In this document: piece after piece, positions 52,126 through 64,000 of the stretch | How positions within the stretch are numbered: position 1 is the first letter of the stretch | How the letters are laid out: each line of letters starts with the position of its first letter | Origin: Octopus bimaculoides | Lineage: Eukaryota | Assembly: GCF_001194135.2 (NCBI RefSeq) | Contig: NC_068994.1 | Span: forward strand, 19,409,584 to 19,473,583 | Direction of reading: 5' to 3' | Length of the DNA: 64,000 bases | Made by a program: the position numbers and the translations under genes | Notes under the pieces: model-generated | What the model was told of the DNA's origin: nothing | The model's database searches: none | Seen by the model: only the letters and a program-made list of their open reading frames with translations

Positions 52126-52324
52126 AACCTTAGTTTCCTTTGTGTTATTTTCGAGCTAACTATTGTGAGGCTCTCGTACAGCTCTCAGTTTTTCATCCTC
52201 AGTGGATACTGATTAATGTATGTGTGTGTGTGTGTGTATAGGAAAGAGAAACAGAGAGACAGGCAAGCAGACAAACTGGGAATTTCCCAAGTATTTTAAG
52301 TGAAAAATGTATAATGTTTATTAT

Positions 52325-52707
52325 AGTACATTCTTTTATTGGTTTCAGTCATTCAACTGCGGCCATGCTGGAGCATCGCCTTTTAGTTGAAGAAATTGAC
52401 CCCTGGACTTATTCTTTGCAAGCCTGGTTTCTATCAGTCTCTTTTCCCAAACCACTAAGTTACAGGGATGTAAAAACACCAACATCAGTTATCAAGCGAT
52501 GGTGTGAGGACAAACACACACATACATATATACGTAGATATACAACAGGCTTCTTTTAGTTTCTGTCTACCAAATTCACTCACAAGGCTTTGGTCGGCCT
52601 GAGGCTAGAGTAGATGACACTTGCTCAAGGTGCTACGTAGTGGGACTGAACCCAGAACTATGTGGTTGGGAAGCAAGCTTCATACCACACAGCCACTCCT
52701 GCACCTA
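52325..52707 (-). mobile_element. Full bipartite family A SINE
   Basis: Same modules as 42245-42640, with an intact head ending CACACAGCCACTCCTGCACC. Confidence 0.9.
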
Positions 52708-53189
52708 TACAAATTCCATACATATTTGGTAGTCTAGTGTAGCTGGTCTAATAAGGTTTCATGTTATTAGTGTGCTAGGACATTGAGATAAAGTAGCACA
52801 TGGCAAATACAGAGAAGCTATAATGAAATATATATAATTTGTTATTCGTGGGTCAGTGGAAACTTTATTAATACAACAGCCTAATAAACAGTGAAATAAA
52901 CGTTGCAGAAATTTCGATCAATATATCTTAGTAACAAGGTAATTCCATATGCTTTAATGCTGATATCAGGAATATTCATCTGTATTGCAATGACTAACTT
53001 GGTTCATACATAGGTTACAGGGTGAATTTTTAAAGGTGAAGGTACAGTCAATACAACCAAACCCAGTGTATGACTGGTATTGATTTTATTGCTCTCAGAA
53101 GAATAAAAAGCAAACTTGATTGCAAAAGCATGTGAATACAGATAATATGAAGCACTAAAAACGAAGTATTATACATTATTATTTATTCC

Positions 53190-53400
53190 AGTTTGTTTTT
53201 ACCAACATATTGTAGTGAAATATGGTCAGTGAAATCTGCAGATCTACATCTTGAAGGGATCACAATGAGTATTAGTCATGTCCAGGGCCTCCAAGAAATA
53301 TTATGCAAAATGAAACAAACTGCTTTTGGACCCCAACAGAGGTGGGCAGGATTCCTCAAAATTCAAAGAAGTTGTTTTATTTTTAAAAAAATTTTTTTCC
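53190..53400 (+). mobile_element. RTE-like LINE relic
   Basis: LPTYCSEIWSVKSADL resembles the RTE LLYG.E.W motif. Confidence 0.4.
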
Positions 53401-54699
53401 TCTAATAGTTATTTACAAATTCCTCTTTAGCTCTCTGAGCTGTGGACCAATGTATCAGTTGAACACCACTCTTATAAGCTCGGGTCATGTTCGTAATAAA
53501 TTTGAAAGACAAAATTATGTGTTGGTTAATTTAAGAGAACTGAATACAATGAAACCAACAAGTGACTGAAATGGATGAGCAATGGAGATTAACAAAAATA
53601 TGACATGAATTGCACTCAATTTTTGGATATTAAAATTTTTTGGTTGAAAGAAGTGAGAGGAAAAGACTAAAATCTGCATGTAAAGTAAACATAAAACTAG
53701 GGTTGTCAACAATTAAAACAAAAAAACAGTTGACATTACTGAGAAATGGTAATAAATAAAAACAAATAACCAAGAAATTAGTTATTACTGTGAAATACTA
53801 TACTTTATACATTGTACTATGTACAAAGTCACAATACTATATGTTATAGATGGAAAAACTTAATTTAATTTTTTTTTTTTTTTGAGAGTAAAACAGCATC
53901 ATGTTTAATCCTACCAACAAAAATTATTTTAAACTCAAAATAATATTTTAAAAGATTTGAAGGAAAAGAATTTTGTGCAATATGAAATATCAATTGTCTG
54001 AATCTTTTCCTGAATTTAGGAAATTACTGTAATTGTACAACAGACATAAAATGCCGACATATTACATTAAAAAAAATATGAACAGAACAAAAATACAGTG
54101 AACTAGTTGGAAGATTAAAAAAAATAACAAAGTTCCAGATATCTGAATTGTATTTAAAATGTTCTCAAGAATGTGGTAACTTAATGACACTCTTTATGTT
54201 ATCAGTGTGAAGGTTGTCACATATATATTAACATTTTGAACTAATATCAACTTTTGAAGGATGAAAAGCAAAGTTTGGCCTGAATGTAAGGAATGCAACA
54301 AAATGATGCAAGGCATTTAGTCTAGTACTTGACTGTTTTTACCACTACACCAACCTACTTTGAATTAATATTGAAAATAATTCTAACATCTAATGAAACC
54401 CATTGCATTTGTCATCTTTTATCTTTCAGCTCCAAAGAACTGTAGGCAATTCATAAAAGCTCTCCAAAGCACCGTGTTCAAAATGTGCTAATGTTCTGTA
54501 CATCTGTCAGCTTTAATTTTTCTTCATGTAACTTTTGATCTTTTATATCTTGATTTTTATTGAAGTTTCCATGTTGTGTGTGTGTGTGTGTGTGTACACA
54601 CACACATATATATACACACACACACCTTATAAATGCCATTGTAATTTCAAAACAAACTTATATGTCCTTTAGAAAATCAGTGTTTAAGGAAGAATATAG

Positions 54700-55030
54700 T
54701 ACAATGTATGGTAATTGCAGAGCATTATACATATTATTACACCGGCTCTTCTGCTACAATTTGGAAATCTAGATTACATAACAGATCTTCTTCATTTAAA
54801 TTTAAGAGGAAATGTAATTCTACAAATCTTAGTAAATGCATCCAAGATTTGAAAAACAAGAAAATTAACTACGATATAAGTGGTTCATTATTAGCAATGC
54901 TCCATTGTTCTATACTGGTAATTCTAAATATGATCTTTGCCAAGAGGAAATATATTATATTGATATAATTACTTCAAAGTTAAAATCATTGAATTGTAGA
55001 ATCAGTCATGATGAAATGTTCCCATAAATA
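54700..55030 (+). mobile_element. Penelope-like element, GIY-YIG endonuclease relic
   Basis: YYTGSSATIWKSRLHNRSSSF...NSTNLSKCIQDLKNKKINYDI, then after a frameshift YTGNSKYDLCQEEIYYI. Matches the Penelope-type YIG..T...K.R..H..SF...ST.LS..I..LK...I.Y.I...C.LC..EK pattern. Confidence 0.75.
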
Positions 55031-57404
55031 TAGAAAAACATTTAAATATTTCAATAATAAATAATAAACATCTTAATTATTATTGCTTTTCCTATAATCT
55101 AATGAGAATATCAAATTTTTTAGTGTAGTCAGTAATGTATGGTATAATCATCAATTAAAGATGTGATTTTCTCCATTCTTGTTCATGTTACATACTCTGG
55201 ATTTCTTGAAATTCTTCTAAGCAGTATTTGGATTGAGTTATACATAAGGAATTACCTTAGATGTTAATTCTATTTGAATTTATTGGCACTTGATTGTTTG
55301 ATGCAGTGAACCAAATTCACTTATGTGCCTGGATTTATTAATTGCTTTTACCTCTTGTTTACATACACACACATACATTGTATAATATATGTATTGTATT
55401 TTTTATATATATATGTATATTGTATAAAATTATGTCCTAAGATATAATCACTCTACAGCCAACTCTAGTTTAAGTGACATTTCTTTACTCCTTTACAACA
55501 ATGAGTTTGTGATTACTCTTTGTCCAAATTTTGATGCAAAGGTTTATTAGTGAATGATGTATAGTTGTATAGGACATTAATTTTATCTTGTCACAAGTTG
55601 AAATTAAGTTAATCTTTATACCATCAGAGTGTTTAAACAACTCACATATATCTATACTCTTCTTAGGTAGCTGATTTTCACCTGGAAAAAACATTTCCAG
55701 TGGTTAGCTTGGTGCAAGGTAGATATCTATTTTTTACTTAGTTAAATTAATATAACAAATTAAAGTTAAGACCAATGTATGCTCTTAAAACGTAAATTAA
55801 CATTTAATCTAGTTAATATAAATAAAAAGATATTTTGCTTTTGTTGTTTAATTGTAAACTCTATTTTATATATATTTAATGAAGAGATTGAATTTATGTT
55901 TAAAGAAGAGACTTAGTCATGAAGAAATTCATGGCATCAAAAACCTTAAATCAGATGAAGTAAAACTGGAAGATAAACTGTTTTCATAATTTTATAAAAC
56001 TTTAATGAGAGAGAGATGGGGCAGAGAGAGAGAGAGAGAGGGAGAGAGACAGAGAGAAAATTCAACCGATTAAATTACTTCTGAAAAGGTTGTATATACA
56101 CAAGCTAAAAGATAACAGATTGAAAGCCTTGGGCATTTTATGTTATCATGAATATTCTTACAACAATTGTGTATTCAGAAGCATATTGAGGTTATCTGGC
56201 TTTTAGAAAGAAGACCAGTGAAAGTAGCTGTATTAAGAAGGATCATTATAAAAAAAAAAGAGGGGGGAAAAAAAAAAAAAGAAAAATACTGGCCTTTAGT
56301 CCAAAGATAAAATTATACATCATTTTCAGTGGTTTGAGGCACCAACAGGTACCTTTGTTTTGATTGGGATTACAGTTCTGGTTGAACTCAGAACAAAAGC
56401 AGAGTTTAAATCTGCTTATATGAATATAAAAGTCAACTTACCCCCAAAGACAGCAGACTTTGTATAGAACAATAAATAATCTTATACACGTGTCTACTTG
56501 TCTCCTTATACAATTCAGTATGTATAAAACGAACTGTTTAATTTATAAAATAAACATAAATAAAGCGTAAAACACAAAAAGTTAGAGATAGTAAACCAAA
56601 ACTGTAACAAGTGACACAGTCTTATAGGAAGACAAGAATAAAAAAAAAAACGTCTTTGAATACTTTGAGTGTAAAATATATGTACAAGTAGTTCTTCTGT
56701 TACTTGATATCTCAACAAGAAACATGTGCTTTTGTACTGCATTATTATTAATTATTGCCAACAAACAAATTATGCATTGATTTAAACATACAAGTAAGAC
56801 TTAGAATCTGCAACAAGGACAGTGAAGTTCAATGTTCACAGCAATTCCAGCTTTATTTATATTGCTATTTTACATCTGTTGACATGTATTGGATGGCTTT
56901 GCAAGTTTAGAGATTTGCACAAGTTGAGACAGGAATTTTAGACCTGAAAATGTTATGTCATTACACTGGGAGTAGTATGTTATTTTCTACTAACTTGAGA
57001 ATAAGCCAAATAATAACGGAATGACTATAATGATTTTGTGCATTGGCACAAGGTTACACATTTGTTGGAAAAGAGTATAACTGAACTGATCCAAGTTTGA
57101 AATAATCTCATTGAAAACACACACACACACAAACACAAGCCAGAACCTACCCAGCTGACATGAAGCCAAAGTTTCATAAAAATAGCAATATCGTATCTAT
57201 AAGATGGGAATGAAGACCTAATGTAATGTAATAGATAACGTATCAAAAAGGAAAAATAATGATTAATAAAAACAAATAAAATATGTTGAATACATCATTA
57301 CCTAAGGAGTGCATGAAACCAGCTAATACCCAACAAATAATTACTGACACAACTTATTGAATATATCATTAGCTGATTGATGTGCATGTGTGTATGTATG
57401 TATA

Positions 57405-57466
<62 letters not shown>

Positions 57467-57567
57467 CACACACACACTTGTACATACATACACATATGTA
57501 GTAGAATATTTAGAGTATAGTAGGTACTATTGCCTCTAAGAATGAAACCTTTGCAGATTAAATATTA

Positions 57568-57672
57568 TTCTTATGAATTGGAAGGTTCAATCCCACACAG
57601 TGACCAGTGATTTCATCCAAGGATGAAATTTTGAGTCCAGAAAGAGGTACTGAACCTTCCAATTCTCAAGAA
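57568..57672. repeat. 105-bp inverted-repeat element (possible MITE)
   Basis: 22-bp arms (20/22 match, with a perfect 15-bp core GAATTGGAAGGTTCA) and an internal 9-bp stem ATTTCATCC-AA-GGATGAAAT. Confidence 0.6.
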
Positions 57673-60201
57673 GTCATCATAAGTATTGTGTTCCATTACA
57701 TTTAGCTTACACCAACACTTTTCCCAACATATTCTTACTTCTCCCATTCAATGCCTGTATAAAGATAATAGTCTTTCTTTTGTTGGCCCATATCTCTGAA
57801 TTAAATGAATAATGATAGGTACAAAATATCAAAATTATAGGGAACTAAAATTTCAAACTGTAATGTTTTTATTAATATAACTCCCTCTACAAAAGAAATT
57901 ATGAAACTGTAATGAAACCAGTTAGTGTTATGGCAATGCTATTTCTACTGTACCTACATTAGTAAATACAATTATACATAAAAAACAAAAAGAAAAGACT
58001 TACATGCACATTGTTTTGCAAAAGCTAAAATATTAGGACAATATTTGAATAGAAGAGGTTATAATTACTGTAGCATACAACTGTCTCATGATAATCACAT
58101 TGAATGTAGAAATGTCACAGAATGACCCAATCCTTTCATTTCTATATTTCAATTAAATTCTAAAATAACCACGAATTTAGACTGGTTTCATTAAACAACT
58201 GTAACTTTTCTATTTATCGATATATTAATGTGATTTTTGGAACACAATTGAAGAAAAGGTTCTTAATTCTATTGCATAACTTTCCTCTGAAAGTGACTCT
58301 AATAACTGGTAAATACATGTAAACCGCAAGCTATCTTTTTTTCAGTTTATTTACTTTCTGCATAACAGTTTGTTTCCATGGTGATCACTTCAAACAAGCT
58401 TACAAGCTTATATTTGCTTGATTTTTCGATATCTTCCATTGAAAAGCCCTCAAATTCACAATCACTGCTTGATAGCATGAAACAGGTATCCATCTTAAAA
58501 GTTGAAAAAGATCACTGAAGAAAAATGTGGAAAGAAGTGTCCCAAAATTTGCAGAACTCAGATATTGTGTCAAACAATATCAGGTACTGTAACTTGACTA
58601 TTTACAAAGTGAAATCACATTTTCACAATTGTACTAACAAGATTTGTGCTGAAATTGACATTTAAATATCTATGGGTTCGCTCGACCGGCTTCGGCCAGG
58701 TTGGTCGTTTGAGCCAAAAACTTTTTCGGCTGGCTGCAGCCAGGTTGGTAACAAAATTATACACTCCTAAAAATGTCCAAAATTCTATAGTTGATTCACA
58801 CACAATTAGTTAGAAGGGACGTCACATTAAGTTCATATTTAATTGGCACCAATAGCTGTGGTGCTAGTTAAACATCTAAATTCCTTATTATTCTGTGAAG
58901 TAACAATTAAATATTTAATAAATACTCATATGCCATATGTTCAAAAACAATAGATATGAAAATAATCATTATAAAATGTATTCATGTTTTATATGGTATT
59001 GCTTGAATATTGACTGTCATCATCAGATATGAATATCCAGAGGGTGGACATCTGTGTGTGACTTCTTTAAACACAGGAAGACAGCAGCAATAGAATTCTT
59101 GGATCTGTGCTCAATGACATGGGTTCCATGGTGATTGAAGATTTCTTCAGCAGCAGCTCTTATCCATAAAATGATGATTGTGTACTTCAGTATTTTGCTT
59201 CCTAATTAAGTGGTCCCAAATTCAATGCCACTCCATGGTACTTTAAGCATGTGTCAGGTTGACCAAAAGTTTTTCTCAGTATTTTTGGTAGACCAAAACT
59301 CTGCTTGTCAAGTATGTGTATAAGCATGTGCACATGCATGTGTAAATATGAGAGAGAGAAAATAATTTGACCAAACATAACTAGAGTTTCATATAAAAAC
59401 ACCTTATAGTATTTATTTCCAGACATTTATAACAAGCTACTGGAGGCAATATAATTAACTAAAACCCTTTAAAGCAATGCCCCAGCATGGTCACAGTCTA
59501 AAGACTAAAACCAGTCACAGAATAATAGAGAGGCTAAATGAATCAAAGGATATCGACTCAAAATTGTACAAAACAGACAATGCAAATAATACCACTGAGC
59601 CATGGCTAATTTTAGATAGTTAAACTGAATCAAGAGGAGTTCTGCAGTTTTAAACTTTCTCGTTCTTCAGCTGAGAAATCAATATTATCTTATATTCCTT
59701 TGTGCTCCATTATAACACAATATCTTCTTTCTTTTATTAAATGTCTGGTTTCATCTCAAGACCAGAAAATACTTTAGTCTTTCATGGATGATGATTCCTT
59801 AAACCACCAAAGAATGATGCATTACTTCTTATATACTATAACAGAATATATATCATTTTTATCAATAACAAAAGTAGTCTTTTCAAAAAAAAACTTTCAG
59901 CTCCAAATCACTCATAAACAACTTTCATTATATTTTTCCCTTTTTTAGTGGTGTCTTTTCCCATTGCCATTTCAATTATTATTGCAATCGTTTTTGCAGT
60001 TTTAAAATTATTGGCTTCATCTAAATCCTAACATTTCTGTTTAGTTCTCCTTACTTATTATCATCCTTTCCTTGCAAACCCTGCAAAATAGGGATAACAG
60101 CAGCCTGTTCGAGAAATGAGCCCCATGAGGTGGAGTGACTGCTGCAGCAAGTGTTGCTGACCATTCTCCATAGCAACGCCATTGCAATCTTTACCACAGG
60201 G

Positions 60202-60381
60202 CAGAGCCAAGCTCACCATCAGAGCCAAGCTCACCATCAGAGCCAAGCTCACCATCAGAGCCAAGCTCACCATCAGAGCCAAGCTCANNNNNNNNNNCAA
60301 GCTCACCATCAGAGCCAAGCTCACCATCAGAGCCAAGCTCACCATCAGAGCCAAGCTCACCATCAGAGCCAAGCTCACCAT
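60202..60381. repeat. 18-bp perfect tandem repeat (CAGAGCCAAGCTCACCAT), about 10 units, with a 10-N gap at 60288-60297
   Basis: All sequenced units are identical. The true copy number is uncertain because of the gap. Confidence 0.97.
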
Positions 60382-62374
60382 CACCCTTCCTCCTCTATCA
60401 TCTGCTGCTTAACACTCCACCCTTTTTTTCTTTCTTATCTCTCTTTTTACCTGTTTCTTTGCATTAAAATGCTACAAACAAAATGTTAAGCATATTAAAA
60501 ATACATTGTTGAAACTCCAATCAATCTGGAATTCACCAAACACACCTGAAAAAGAACTGAAAATTCTAAACCAGATACAACTTAAACCACTTCTAGCAAA
60601 ACAAAAATTCTTGATCTCTCCTAAAAATTAAATAAATTAAATTAAAAAAATAACAATTAATTCATAGTAGAACATTTTCCTGACTGAGATGAGTTGTTAA
60701 CAGGATTATAATCTTTCAAATTATCAACCTCATCTCAAAATAAAAATGATATAAAAACATAACAGAATTATTTCATAATGTAAACCTATCACTTCCCAAT
60801 ACAAGTATGTCTAAGATAATATAGACTAACCAAATGACCAACACATATTTCATAATTTTATTTACACTTCAAATTGTATATTCTTCAGTTGCTTTCATTT
60901 GCCAAATTTCTAGAAAATGCATCTCTCTTTTGATTAAAATTGATCCAGCAAGTCTTAAGAATAGCAAACTCATAGGAATAGGAATAAAACAAATAAAATG
61001 TAGTAAATGGTAGCTAGATTAGAATGGAACCTATACAGGTCTTGTGTTATAATGCACCCTGAATGTTATAATGCACTATTTCCATTGCTTCTACAACACC
61101 TACTAAATAAACCCTGGGGTAAGTGAAAGGAACTACTCAACAACACTACATTTAGCAAGTGACTTTATGGACTTAATAATTTCACAGAAAATCAAGTCTG
61201 TAATTGGGATGCAATTTGCAATTAGACTGATTTCACTCATTTCCCATTTTCTTCATTTCTCTAAAGTTTCAATCATAATTAAGACTTCAACATTACCTCA
61301 TCATCCATCTCTCTCCATGTTGACACCCCACTCCCATACACACACACAGAAATGCAGTTCCTTGCAACACTACCTACTCTTTCCCTCTTCCCACATGCAC
61401 AACTGCAATCCCTATCTACATATATTCAGTGACTTCCTTTTTAAAACTGTGCACTAAGATACCTGTGTCATTTGAAGCTCTTGAAGGGCAATATCTATCC
61501 AGAATAATTCCCCAAAACTGCTTGCATGGTTTATTTATCCCAAACAAATTAGGTTTACATTTTTATGTTTTTTTTTTGTCTTTTTTATTTTTATTAAAGG
61601 ATAGAAATTTAAGGTTGCAATTTCACATAAAAAGAAAAAGTAATTATAGATGTTGATCAAAACAAACTATGATCAGTTAAAAAATTGTTTATTTTTGGTT
61701 TCTCCTAGAAAATGAATGCAAAGATATTAAGAATATTTTTATTTATTTATTTTTTTTTTCTTACTTTAATTATTGATTAAATGTCTAAATATCTGAGATG
61801 AGTTGCTGTTAATAAGATTAGGCTTCTTTTTAACTATTTAACTTCATCTTTACAGACAGAACATTTAAAAAATTTTTTTTTTTATTTATACTGATTAATT
61901 TGATCTTTAAATTGTCATCAGGTGTCTTATTTCTGGATATACACACACTTCTAGATTGGATTAGAACTAGAGACATCTATTTCTGAATTAAGAGATGTAA
62001 CATGTATTCAGTTGGCTACTGGAGCACAAACCTCAATTATTATCATTCAATGATTAAAATAAATGCTTTGAAATAAATAATTTTTCGTCAATTTATATGA
62101 CTGGGAGAAAGGGATATTCAAATTCATTTGCTTATTTTAAATCTACTTTTCCATGCTGCATGGATTCAATGAATACATATTATTGCAGTATTATTTTATA
62201 GCCTGATGCTCTTCCTGATATTAACTCTTACCTGTTTTTCAAGTAAGGGATGTTTTAATCCACTAACCGTCAAAAGCACAGAATTAGTGGACAAGGAATG
62301 TCAACAAACAACAGAATTTTAAACTCAATGCAAAGTGCAGAATGTAAAGATTCTCTCTCTCTCTCTCACACACA

Positions 62375-62500
62375 CACACACGGTGGATTTCATACAGTTT
62401 CCATTTATCAAATCTACTAACAAGACATTGTCCAAGGTGCCATGCAGTTAGACAGAACACCACATTATAAAGCAGAGTGCATCTACACAGCCATGCATGC
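62375..62500 (-). mobile_element. Diverged family A SINE head
   Basis: GACATTGTCCAAGGTGCCATGCAG...CACAGCCATGC, with a (CT)(CA) tail. Confidence 0.65.
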
Positions 62501-64000
62501 ACCTTAAATTGGGTTTTGATAGAATCTTCATAGTTTGCTATGGAAACATATTTGTAGAATGCCCAACATTAAAATATCCCCTTCGAACCGAAGTGTAGTT
62601 ATTCTGTGTGTGATTACCACCCATAAGCAAGAAAAGGTTTATATGACATACATGGTACAAAGTAGAGGGAAACCTACAACTTAAGATTGCTTTGCTTTCC
62701 TAACACCCCTTAATGTTACAATTTAAAAAAAGTAATTATACAGCAATGAAGAAAATGAAGTATAGAACTCTTTAAAGTCCTGGAACATTATTTTATGTTT
62801 CCTTATTTTAATTGGTATATATTCTTGAAATCAATCATAACTATTCATATAGCTAGGAATGCTGAATTGAATTATTTTGATATATACTCTTTAATTCTAG
62901 CATAGGCAAAACATGAAGCCACAGATGTTTTTGTTGTTGGGGAGGTAGGGATGTAGACGGTTATATATATATTTTTTCAATACTTGATGGAAACTTTATT
63001 TTATTGACTCTTGAGATGATGGAAGACAAAGACAGTCTCACCAGGATTTGAACTCAGAACATAAAGAGACACAAATAATGCAAAGCATTTTGTTCAATGA
63101 CCTACCAATTCAGTCAATATTACAATAACCTTACATTTATTTTATGTACTGAAATATATATTTTTTTCTTTTATCAAATAATTAGGCAGTTTTGCTTTTA
63201 GACATTTTGCAAATTTATAAGCAAGCAAAAATTTGAAAAGATGCTATTTAACTAAGATAATTAACTAATAACTGTAATAACTCCTTAAAATCTAACCCAG
63301 TACTCTGACAGAAATTGGATGGCAGCCTGCCAGTTCAGAGAAAAAGAATGCAATGACAAACTAAGTAGAGGGAACATGTAAGTACCTACACTTTAAATGC
63401 TCATAAAGTTGACAAAGTCAACAAGTTAGCATAGTTAAAAGCTATATTTAAAGAGTTTTTAGTACAAGAATGGCACATAAGCAGTACAATTTTTATCAAC
63501 ATTTAAGTAAAATCAAGGTCAAATACGGTTTGCTAGAAAAATAATTAAGATGATAGTCTCATATAATGAAAATATACATGAGAACTGGGATTGAGTGTCA
63601 GAAACTGGCAATTAATGGTAATTAAATGTTTCAAGTACTAACAATAGAGAATAGATGAAATTTGTCAACCCAACAAAAATATGACGAAATGGAGAAGAGG
63701 GCAGAAAATTTACAGCTTTCTGAAAACCTCTCTGGTTGCTATCCTTCAATTTTTCCACTCTTCCTTGAGAAAAACATAAATTACGTAATAGTATAAAAGC
63801 TAAAAAAAGAAGCTGAATTTAAATACATTACTCTTATTTCAGTAAATTAAAGGTGAAAAATATAAATTATTAAAATGAGAAAACTGATATACGTAATAGA
63901 ATCAGAGGTCGATATATAAACATTGTGTGTGTGTGCATGTGCATGTGTGTGTGTGTGAGTGAGTTTATTATCTCTCTATCTATCTATCTTCAAGATGGTG

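Noticed and set aside
55879-55989. 36-aa ORF MKRLNLCLKKRLSHEE...
   Set aside because: It is short, with no homology or convincing splice context.
56330-56348. 19-nt exon WFEAPT with good splice sites
   Set aside because: The CAACAGGTAC donor derives from a decayed antisense family B SINE (compare about 18413).
60202-60381. CRISPR-like array
   Set aside because: The units are contiguous with no spacers, there are no cas genes, and the context is eukaryotic. It is a minisatellite.

Overview
AT-rich, repeat-dense eukaryotic DNA from a gapped assembly, with four N-gaps, all next to simple or tandem repeats. The SINE families and microsatellite load point to a coleoid cephalopod, most likely Octopus (inference; no database search was run). 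There is no prokaryotic gene content, CRISPR array or long intact ORF, and most of the supplied ORFs are microsatellite or transposon read-through. The repeats include modular tRNA-derived SINEs with CORE-like, V-like and Nin/Deu-like motifs, RTE, R4/Dong-type and Penelope-type retroelement relics, two DD37D (maT) Tc1/mariner copies, hAT, Tc1 and piggyBac-type MITEs, and a decayed initiator tRNA-Met. The best host-gene signal is not in the ORF track. It is a spliced pair of minus-strand exons (14084-14021 and 6487-6366) giving a signal peptide followed by an ADAM/ADAMTS-prodomain-like YEIVxP segment, so much of the window may be intron or upstream sequence of that gene. Other items worth following up are a pre-miRNA-like hairpin in the predicted intron, an 18-bp VNTR whose units each carry ATG plus a splice donor, a CpG-rich multi-hairpin patch, and tail-to-tail inverted SINE pairs. 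I could not demonstrate a wholly new biological system.
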